Source of the DNA: Pelomyxa schiedti
Lineage: Eukaryota; Protista; Evosea
DNA length: 64,000 nt
Assembly (NCBI GenBank): GCA_020536535.1
Contig: JAHLWZ010000116.1
Coordinates: 36,639 to 100,638, forward strand
Reading direction: 5' to 3'
Shown: positions 43,083 through 53,441 of the stretch, in pieces
How positions within the stretch are numbered: the first letter of the stretch is position 1
Layout of the letters: every line of letters starts with the position of its first letter
Notes under the pieces: model-generated
What the model was told of the DNA's origin: nothing
The model's input: only the letters and a program-made list of their open reading frames with translations
The model's database searches: none
Translations under genes and position numbers: made by a program

Positions 43083-44420
43083 TTACCTACGAGAGTAGGG
43101 TGAATACCTGTTAAGAGTAAGAAAACCAGTAAGATTTCAGGAGAGAATTACTTGCGCTCCGCTCGTTGCCCAGACCTCTCGGAGTGTCCATGTCTGTGGT
43201 GATCTCGGTCTTTATTACTGTCCCTCTCTCTGTCTCTGTTGTCCCCCCTTTCGCGGTCCCGCTCTCTATCTGGTTCAGGGAGAGTTGTTGGAACTGGAGG
43301 AGGCAGCTCCTTCTTTATTGCTACAGGTGAATGGGAGTGGGAACGGGAGCGTGAGTGTGACTTGGAGCGTTCACGTTCACCGCGATCACGAGAACGCTCT
43401 CGGGACGCGGAACGGTGATGGTGCGGATGGGAACGATGATGTTCAGAATGGTGCCTGTGACCGGAGTGTTCATCAGAAGTAGGCTCCCTACACACATTAA
43501 GTGGTAAAAAAAGAAAAAAAAAACTTACCTTCCAGAGTGCTTTTGGTTAACTTCCTCACCTCCTGCTCTTGTTTTCCCCATTCCACCGCCTAATCTCCTT
43601 GGCCTCCAGCCTCGGACAGTACGTCCCCTCTCTACATCAACAAGTACACGGCGGCCATCAATTTTCTTTCCATCACCTTGTTTCCAGGCAGCTGGATAAT
43701 TCTCAATAAAAATGAAAAGAAAACTGTGTACACACTTCTCATATCTCTCTCCTTTTCGAATTCAATGAAAGCATACCCACGAGGTTTTTTTGTCTTTGTA
43801 TCCATGACTAGACGTACCTTAAAGTGATATCAGCAAGATGATGGAGAAAGTAACTGATTTGCACCTTATTAACAGGCCCATAGGCTTCAAATTCGCGACG
43901 TAGCTTCTGCTCTGTACTATCATAATTCTGTAACAAAAGTGTTAACGTTAGGAACAACAAGAAGAGGCGTACTATTCTAGCCACAAAGAGTGTCCTGTAG
44001 GCATCTTGTGTTGCCTGTGGATTGTTGAATGGGTCCCACTCTGTAACCTTTTCCTCAATGAGGGCAGCAGCTCTCTCCTGCTTCTCCCTCAGCCTTCTGG
44101 CCTTCCTCTGGTCCCTCGTCTCCCCCGCAGTGGAAACTGTGCCATCAAATACTGGGGGTGTAGTCTCGAACTTATTCATAAACTGTGCTACTCCCGAATA
44201 AGGTGGCATCTTCCTTTAAACAATACACATTAAGCACAGAGCGAATTTCGGGAATAAACGGGGTGTTAAAAAAAAAACTAGACGAGGACCGAAACTCTCG
44301 TTTTTTTTCATACCGCTTTTCTATCGGCGCGGCGAAAGGAATAGGAGCACGTGGAGCAAACATCGCCAACAATTGTGGTGGCAAGTACTGCGCCATACCC
44401 GTAGACGTAGATCTTTCCAT
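43083..44420 (-). CDS. SNRNP70: U1 snRNP 70 kDa protein (alternative stop at 43006)
   Basis: [63 protein letters not shown] and RS/RD tail. Confidence 0.97.
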
Positions 44421-44604
44421 CTTCGCTAGATCTTACCGGTTACCCACCGCCTCCGGCACCTACGGTCTTCTTCTTTTTTGAAAGAATTTTCAGTTGCTAC
44501 TTGTTCCAGTAAAAACTAGATCTGTTCCTCAGAGTACTACACAAACGAGAGACTGGGGGAAACAGGAGGTTTCATGGTCATGCACCATCGAATGGTGAAT
44601 TTAA

Positions 44605-45622
44605 TCAGACTTGGACTTGTCCCATGATGGCACTAATTTTTGGTACGCATCATTGGGTGATGACTTGGTCAGTTCCTTCATTCCCTCGGGGTCTGTTTTC
44701 GTTTGGTTGATATAAAACAACAATGTATACACAAGAATAGAGAGAACACAAGAAAAGGGAAGGAATGGTTACCTAGTGCCATTAGTTTAGGGAGTCCTAT
44801 GGCCATAAGTGCTGTGAATCCAATCATCAGTACCATGGGGTTTTTAAACAGACCCCATGCATTCCATCCAGGTCGGGCCTAATAAAAAGAAAAGAAGCCA
44901 AGAATAAGAACAAACCCACGTTTTTTGTGAAAGACTTGGAAGTATTTCCGGGGTTCCTCCAATGGAATTACTAGACCGCGCTTTGCATTATCCCAGAATT
45001 TACATTTTATGGTGAGTTTACCCTTACTTTCGTAGGAAAGAGTGAGTGGAGCCTGTTGAGTATTAAATTGTCTCTGAAGAAGTGCAGGAAGTATATATAC
45101 CGGGTCGACCCAATAGTCAGAGGATATTATTTCCAGTGAATAAAGACCAGGTAATAAGTTGTCACTTTAAGACAGTTAGTCGTCCGCGTTATCAAATAGA
45201 AAACGTATCAACTGTTATTAATGGCTCATTTCAATGTATCAAGTAACACGTTATGTATTACTTTAATTAAGCGATGCTGGTACATTGTACATTGCAAATG
45301 AGCCATTAATCCTCACAAGTCCCACAAACTCGTTAGCCTTCTCATCCCTCAGAATAACTTGTGCACTAGAGTATGAAACTTGGGTTTGGTCAGTGTTAAG
45401 GAAAAAAGGGGTTAATAGTTCACACAAGGTTTCCCCACATCCTGTGTCTTTGTGGCCAGTCTCCCCGATATCATAACCCTACCCAACAGCTGTAAGTACA
45501 ACAACACCCCAAACACGAAAATACTTTGCTGGTGGCGGGGACCGAACCGCCGACTCCTCACTCGCCAGAACAACACCAACCGCGACCCCAACCAACACCA
45601 CCAACAACAAAAACCGGTTCAT
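44605..45622 (-). CDS. EMC7: ER membrane complex subunit 7-like (DUF2012)
   Basis: Signal peptide; GLVRINGSFAIDNLLPGLYSLEI; KYFQ|ARPGWNAWGLFKNPMVLMIG...LPKLMAL|DPEGMKE. Confidence 0.85.
45217..45310. repeat. 22-bp inverted repeat pairing an EMC7 intron segment with the upstream exon end and 5' splice site
   Basis: 45217-45238 attaatggctcatttcaatgta versus 45288-45310 tacattgcaaatgagccattaat (one bulged base). Confidence 0.9.
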
Positions 45623-45743
45623 CGCCCCCACCCTCTGATGACCCAAAATAAAAGACAATACAAGACGAAAACGAATCTGGTATCTACTGCACAACTTCGC
45701 TTGTTTCTCAGGGGGCTTCCCTGATACTCAGATGTACATGTCA

Positions 45744-46164
45744 TCAGAGGGAGCACGAAGTGGCCAGGAACGCTGCCAATTGGTCCACTACCGAGTCGAA
45801 TTGGTCCTGCTGGTTGATGGCCGATGATTGTGGCGATGACGTGGTGTTGGTGTTGTTCATTTCGTGGTTCAGCGATGCGGTCCTGGTGTTGCCCTGCCCC
45901 AGTGCCTTGAATATCTCGATCAGGTCATTGTCACTGCACCTGATTATGGGATGCACACACCCTCCCAGTCAGAGTTGTTGTGGAGAGGTGTAAAAATGTA
46001 TGCACGCAGACACACACACACCAGGCCAGGACGTGAGGGGTGTTTGTTTGGATGTCGAGGTAGGCCTCAGCGTACTGCGACAGACTGTGGGCATACAACC
46101 ACTGTACTATCATACTATCCCTCTTACTAAGACCACTAATGCCACCCCCACTGTTGTACTGCAT
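45744..46164 (-). CDS. Small protein with SAM-like N-terminal half, 2 exons
   Basis: IVQWLYAHSLSQYAEAY...LAW|CSDNDLIEIFKALG resembles SAM (V-x2-WL-x2-I-x-L-x-QY; L-x5-DL). Confidence 0.55.
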
Positions 46165-46253
46165 CCCAGTAGCAACAACCACAACTAACAAAACTCCCTT
46201 GTGTGTTTTTAAAGATATTCCACGAACATCACTTTGATTCAAATCAAACGAGA

Positions 46254-47612
46254 TCAGGGAGTGTAGGTTATTTTTCTGAGGCAATTGCCGTCGAGGACGT
46301 AGGCTACGCCTGGTGAAGTACAGCAGATCCCGCCGTGAGCACAGAATTTTGCATCAGCACCCGCGCCGTCGGCGAATCCCTCAGTTCCTCCCACAAGTGT
46401 GATTACTTCCCCTGCACAGCGTCAGTTTATGCAGTGATTGGATTGGCGTGTTTGGGGAGTTGCATTGGGTTTTGTTTTTTGTTTTTTGTTTGTTGTTTTT
46501 TAAATTTATCTTTATCTATCAGCAGGGGAAGGGTCGCGATTTGTATAGTTTACCTTGGGGAGTGAGCATCCTGATTCTGTTGGAATTGCCTGTGTTTCCA
46601 TCCCATATAAGTACATTTCCAGCCTGATCAATTGCAAGGTTAATCGGCATATCAAATGTCGCACTGAGGGCTGGTCCATCAGAACCACCCACTTCGCCAG
46701 TCCCCGCCAATGTGGAGACAGTACCTTGGATGAAGTTAGGGCATGATATTTACTCTGCGGAATTGAATAAGTGAGCACATACCATTGGGAGTAATTCTTC
46801 TGATTCTATGGTTCATTTGATCGGCAACAATAATATCGCCACTTGGGGTCATTGCCATTTGACCGGGATCATAGAATTGGGCTGCGGAGCCGTTTCCATC
46901 AGCGAAACCCTTTGTTCCGTTTCCAGCAATTGTTGTCACAGCTCCTTTGTGTGGAATGAGCGGAAACACAAATATGATTTGGCACTTCAACCTGTTGGAC
47001 TGATTTTCCTGATGCTGTGGTTCCCCTTGTCAGAAACGATAATGTTTCCCATAGGATCAACAATAACTCCAAATGGATATTTGAGCCGCGCGTTTTCTCC
47101 AACACCATCCACAAATCCGGGAGTATCATGCTTTCCAATCCATTCCACTACAGTCCCTAGTACATGGATCAGGTTCGGTATACTAATAATAAAAAAAATA
47201 CAAACATACCATCAGGTCTAACTTTCTTTATTTCATTGTAATCCCAGTCTACAATAACAATCTCTTTTGTGGCTGGGTTTGCCACCAGACCTTCAGTCTC
47301 CGCCCTGCATATAGTAGTGACACCTATGGAATGTAATTATTGTAAAATTGTAATAGCCGATTTGGAGAAACACACTGAGTTGAGGGAGAGTGACCCTCTT
47401 GATCAGGCGTTTGAACTGGTCACCCACAATTAAGTTCCCATCCCAATCAACGGTCACTGTGCCCTGGTCGCCGAATTCCCCATTCTCATTCTTTGGGGTG
47501 CCCAGAACCGACGCCACTGCCCCATTTCGACCCACTGTGTTGCGACAGGTTAAAAAAAACGCACCAAACAAAAGCAAATAGTCCAGGGCAACTTACATGT
47601 TGTTGCTGCCAT
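46254..47612 (-). CDS. NHL-repeat beta-propeller protein
   Basis: Repeats such as [51 protein letters not shown] and [25 protein letters not shown]. Confidence 0.88.
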
Positions 47613-47949
47613 GCTGATAGTATACTTTTAAAAGTCTTTAAAACTTTGCTTGTTGCTTTGTTGGTTTTTTTAAACTTTCTTGGCTTTTTTGTCACTCTCG
47701 AGTTCGAGCAGTTTTGGTTGGAAGGGAAAGCTGTTCCCAGAAGAAACGTTCATGATGGTGACCAGATCTAAATGAAGCAACGACGCCTCACCACCCCCAA
47801 GGAACCAAATTCTATGAACTGGGGATACACCTAAATTAACAGACTCTGAGTGGTATCTGCTGAGGAATTTTGAAATGGGTATTGTTATAATCCTGACTGA
47901 TTCCTCTTTGTAGTACAAAGTAATCTCTGAGGTGTTGCCTCAGAGTTGA

Positions 47950-48708
47950 CTATGGATGGTCTTGAAGGGTTTGACAAAAACTGGGGCTGAAAAGTAAATA
48001 AGAGGGAGGAACAGACTGGGACTCAGCTTCAATCACAGATCCTGCAGGAGGAGTCATGTGCATCAAGAGGTCTATGTGCCTTGAAATCTCTTCGTTGCCT
48101 GGGAAATGGTGCTGGCACAGGACCAGCTCGTTAATTGCAAGATCAAACTCCCCCAGCTGTGACAGAATAGTAGCCTTCAACAGCATTGTTTTGAGGTGAA
48201 ATGGACGCAGAGTGAGTGAATCTTCCAGCAATCTCAGAGCTTCTTCGAGATTGGAGCCTGAGCAATAGCATTCAACAGCCTGACAGTACAATCTCGATGC
48301 ATCAAGGTTCCTGGGGTTATCATGGTATTTCTTCCACTTGAGCCGCGCTATCTCAGAATCCTCAGCCTCGATGCAAGATTCGAAAGCGGCGATATCTTCC
48401 TCAACTGACTTGATATCGAGAGATTGGTGATGCGAAACTGGAGGCGCCAATTGGCGAATCTCGAGTTCCCGCGAAACCTCGTGCCTCAGAGTTTTGTTTT
48501 CCACCAGAATCTTGCTTCCAAGAGGGAGCCTGGTGATTGGACTGGTGTTCTTGCCCATTTCAAACAGCCATTTGTAGATCGCGTCGTACTCGTAGGAAAA
48601 CCCATCCTCAGTCAACACTGGGTTTTGAAATGCCCTTTGTGTGATTGGGCACCTGCAGTGATCCGGTACATCATCGTTGGTTGCAGTAGGTTGGTCTGTT
48701 GGTTGCAT
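47950..48708 (-). CDS. U-box + TPR protein (putative E3 ligase); 3' end may continue by splicing to ~47670-47790
   Basis: VPDHCRCPITQRAFQNPVLTEDGFSYEYDAIYKWL...TSPITRLPL...LVENKTLR; TPR-like NLEEALRLLEDSLTLRP...KATILSQLGEFDLAINEL. Confidence 0.88.
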   Translation of the reverse strand: MQPTDQPTATNDDVPDHCRCPITQRAFQNPVLTEDGFSYEYDAIYKWLFEMGKNTSPITRLPLGSKILVENKTLRHEVSRELEIRQLAPPVSHHQSLDIKSVEEDIAAFESCIEAEDSEIARLKWKKYHDNPRNLDASRLYCQAVECYCSGSNLEEALRLLEDSLTLRPFHLKTMLLKATILSQLGEFDLAINELVLCQHHFPGNEEISRHIDLLMHMTPPAGSVIEAESQSVPPSYLLFSPSFCQTLQDHP

Positions 48709-48962
48709 AGTTGTAGTGATCAAGATGTTGTTGTTTGTTGCTTGTGATTGTTCAATAGGCAAAGATTTTCGGCCGCGTTAAATTTCGCCATTGCATTTGA
48801 TGCGGCACTGTTTTTCCGTTGGATGCCGCATCAATTTGTTTCGTGTATTCGGATTTTTAATTTTCGTTCTTTGTTTCTCGCAATTTATTTCCTCAGTCTT
48901 GTAAGGGTGCTGTGTGCGAGCAGAGAAGGAAAACAAATAAAAGTGGTTTGTCACTACATAAA

Positions 48963-51900
48963 ATGACCAAGTGCCGATGTGGCTGTTGCCGACCATTCCG
49001 AGTTATGGGACAGTGGATGACCAAGAAAAACACTGATAGTACCGTTACATCACATTTGCAATCAGAAACAACTAGGAATAAGAACTATGGTTCTACAACT
49101 AGTACAAGTAGTTCAACTGATAGTACTACTACTCCTTGTGTTGGTGCTTTGGCAGAGCACGGTGATTCTACTGCTGCGGCTAGTAATTCTAGTGGTAGTA
49201 TTGTGGTGATTCCTTGCGACCACGGGGAAAGGAGGGTGGAAAGTGAGCCTGTGGTGGAATTGAAGGAGAAAACAGTAGATATTATCTTGCTTGCATCCCT
49301 TCTTTCGCGGCCAAATTGTCACTGTTCACAGCTTTCTTTGTCTGGTATGCTGTGTGGGTAATTACATTAATTATTTGGGAATTGACGGGCCTTTTTTGCA
49401 GTGATAGTAAACATCTCTAGGGTGCGAAATTAAAGGGGATCAAGTGGAGTGTTTGACGCAAGCATTGGAAATAAATCAATCGCTGTGCAGACTCTCATTG
49501 TACAGTAAGAAATAAGAAATACCCAACCCGAATGAAATGCAATTCCTAATAGGGAATAACCTTGGCGATGATGGAGCCTGTTGCATTTCACGAGCACTTT
49601 CGTCATCCAAATTCCTCCATTCCTTTTCTCTTGAAAGTATAAATCCTCTCAGAAATACAATTGCGTGTATTTTAATTTTCAGCAGATAATCGTATTGGAC
49701 CAGATGGAGCGACCTTTATTGGGAAGGCACTTTTTTCCAACAGCAGTCTTCTCTGCTTGGATCTTGGATGTAAATGGTGCAATTATCTATTTGTATCTCA
49801 CAATTCATACTAGATAATACAATTGGGAAAAACGGGGCAGAGGTGATAGCACAAGCACTGCAAAGTAATAACTCTCTGTTATGCTTGAATCTTGGATGTA
49901 AGTTATCTTGTAACCAATAAATCCATAAAAATACCTTCAGGGAATAATGTTGGAGATAATGGGGCATGCTTGATCGCTCATGCACTTTCCAATAACGCTT
50001 CTCTTTTAAGCCTTGATCTTAGAGGTACTTATACACTTTGTCTCTCACAGAAGGAACCTCCCTTTTAGTTAACCACATTGGCCTGGAGGGAGCAAAAGCG
50101 ATCGCACAAGCACTGATGGGCAACAGGTCTCTGATAAATCTTGACCTAAGAGGTGCTTCACCTCTGGTTCCATTTAACAGTCTCACTGAGTACAAGATAA
50201 TCAGATAGGAGATGCAGGATTGGAAAGCATTTCCCGGGTATTGGCTTTAAATAAAACACTTCTGCGCCTTGGCATAGCAAGTACGTTACTTTTCTACCAG
50301 CTCTCTTCATTAACATTCATCTACAGTGAACAATATCACTGCGAAAGGCATGAAGGTTCTTGCTGAAGCTCTGGCTGCAAATACCTCCCTATCTGTACTG
50401 GACCTGGCATGTGTGTATATTGTTAGTCGTTCTTGTTAATCTGAGGGTCTAATATGAAGTGAATGATATGGGAAAAGAGGGAGCCGGATACATTGCGCAA
50501 GCGCTGGCATTGAACACTAATTCACTGGTATCCCTGGACCTTGGATGTGTGTCTTTCACTCCCATATTACTCCCAATTTATGGAAGAAAGGGAATAACCT
50601 TGGAGATGCAGGAGTTTCAAGCATTTCAGAGGCTCTAAAGATAAACAAATCTCTTGTATACCTAGATATTTCCCGTAGGTAAAACGTAACTCGTTTAATT
50701 TAATAATTACACAGACAACCGCTTTGGTACACGAGGGGCAGAGAGTTTATATCATGGGCTTTGCTGGACCAAGTCACTTCGTTGTCTTGGGCTGAGAGGT
50801 CTAGTTTACGGATCTTTCCCCCTCCTAGTATTGTTTACATATCCAGTACAGTTAATAAGATTGGTGATGCGGGAGCAAAGAGTATTGCTCGCGCTTTGAC
50901 GTTTAACACATGCACATTCTATATTGACCTAGCCCGTATAATTTCCTAAAAACCTGATCCATGGATTTACCCATTCTTCTTAGATAATGACATTACTGAA
51001 GAAGGAGCGGCGAGCATATTAAATCTATGGAATAGCCATACTTTGAATACTACACTAACGGCTCTGAATGTGAAGGGTTCTTTTCACCTTTTTGTGATCC
51101 AACTTTACAAACTGCCAGATAACCATCTTGGGGATTCTACACTCAACGAAGTCGAGCGGGCTATTGCCCATAATAAAATTCAGAGGCCAGAATTTGGTGG
51201 TATCTACTCTCAACTTACTCCTGATAAAGAGTTAGAAGTTTGATTCATCAATCTTAGATCACAACCTTTTGTGGTTCTCTTGGATTCACCAGCCAGCACA
51301 GTCCCTTCTCCTACTCTCAGACTTGAGCATCTCTCTTCATTCTTTCTGCAATGTTGTTATTGGAAATGATACACGGAGAGCAATCAAAATTGGGGGGGAC
51401 AATACCGGTCTTTTCCTGGTGAAGGAACTAAACCCTCCTGTTCAACCTTTTCATGACAATGTGGATATTCTGGATAGACACGGACGATCTTCTTGTATCT
51501 TTAGTCCACCTATTCTCTTTCTCATTTTGGGTTAAACTGTAGGCCACCGTCCCAGTGAAGCGGCCATTGCTTTAGGTACACTACAATAATTTTAAAATGA
51601 TCAACCTCTAATATCACTACAGCGCAGCAATCTTATCATGAATCGAAGGCAGGGTTTCTTGGTAGTCGACCAAGAGAAGAACTAGTGAGCTCTCCCCCAA
51701 CTAGCGTGGAAGAGCCTCAACTGAGTGGCATCCTGGAGTCATGTATTTTTTTTTTTGCGTTGTGTGATTAAATACTGACGCATTCCAGGTGTCGGGGAAA
51801 AAGAGAAGTTGCGAAGTGAGCTTTTCCGATCTGCCCATAATACATTAACGCAAGACCCATAGAACATCTATTCGACCAGAAAATATTATTAGAGCAACAA

Positions 51901-53253
51901 AATTCAGAACTGGCCCAACTCAAAGTGCAACTTCCGAATATCGAGTTCCCTTCTAACACTCTACAGGCTGCTTTGCGAAGACAAGAGACTCAAATGGACA
52001 TAATGGTGAGGGCTGCACATGGTTCCACCACAAGGCACTTCAGCAATTTTCGGGTTCCAACATCAGTAGATACTGTAGATGGTGGCGCTCTCCTATTTCA
52101 TACAGAGATGTTGGAGAAACCAGGGGGCCCACTTTCCATCAAGACAGCAGTAGATTCCGCCGTAAACCTTCAAGAACGGTCAGTATAAACACACCTTTAT
52201 CCACAATTCACTCTTTGGAGGTACAACAATGAATGCCATGTGCTAAGCTGGGTTCCAATACATTCATGCATTGGTCACCCTGTTGCCGCATTTACTGACC
52301 GGATTCCCGTGCCCTGGAAACACATCATTCCTGAAAACTGTGTGTTACCTGACCATTGCTCACTTCACTTTTCCAACATATACATAGTGCCGGCTTTTAA
52401 TTCCTTGTTTGCCGAGCCTACATTCAACATAGTTATGCCTTTTTCCGGTGAGTCAAAGAAAAAAACAACATCTGAATTATAATAATTTCCAATAGGTATT
52501 CCAATGAAAGAGTATCTCCGCCAATGCATATCATCATCCAACAATAACAGTAGCAACAACACAGCCATAACATCTTCACAAATAACAGTCACCAAGTCAT
52601 TGATGAAGGGCATTCTGAGGGCCATAAACCACCTCAGCCAAAACAACGTAGTTCACAGAAACATATCAGGATTCTCTATCCTCATATCACAATCACAATC
52701 ATTGCCAGAGTACATTCATCATGATCAACGGCAACAAGGGATTATGGGCGATATTGATATTGACATCAAGCTGACTGACTTTGGTGATGCGGCTGTGTGC
52801 GAGAGTGATAAGCTGGACTTAAGGGTGTACCCCGACCCTGCGACCCATGGCAGATACAAATTATGGGGCGGCAGTGGGGGCAGCGACGTAACTTGCCCGC
52901 CTGATATCTGCACCGCAATCATGGGATGTTCTAGTGCCTCCAGCGACGGCGTTCTCGTGAGTTATCAAGGGGCTGATGCGTTTGCTGCCGCTATTACGTT
53001 ATGGGATGCACTGTGCCCTCTCCCACCCGGCGTGCCGTGTGGTGTGGCATTTGACCCGAGCAACCTTCCCCCACTCAGCATTATGGGTGGCCACAGTGCC
53101 TCATCGTCCCCAACAACAGTTTCAAGTTCTAGCACTGCAGAACAACTCGAGGCAGAGGTATCACGTATTGAGAACAATCTGAGGTCGCTTTTGGTTGTTG
53201 ATCCCGCTATCAGATTTGCCAATTCACGCCTTGTCCTCCACTCCCTGCTGTGA
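48963..53253 (+). CDS. RI-type LRR array fused to a PINK1-like kinase-fold domain (predicted pseudokinase)
   Basis: ~13 exons of mostly 84 nt, each an NxIGxxGAxxIAxALxxNxSLxxLDL repeat. Kinase motifs: PLSIK, NNECHVL, AAFTDRIP, VVHRNISGFSILI, KLTDFGDA, CPPDI, YQGADAFAAAI. Confidence 0.85.
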
Positions 53254-53441
53254 CGTTATTCCCCTGCCTGATACCATCAAGTAATAATTAAAAAAGCACG
53301 ACGGTGCGAAAAAACGAAGATTGTTGTCGTTGATTCCACAAACAAAACAAAAAAAAAACCAAGCCAAAGGGGGGGGCACCATCGCACCGCGCGTGTCACT
53401 CAACCAACTCTGGTGCGGCAACTACGACAAAAGACGACACA

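Noticed and set aside
49421-51076. Regular repeat/spacer periodicity suggestive of CRISPR
   Set aside because: It is LRR exon-intron periodicity; there are no identical DNA repeats and the context is eukaryotic.
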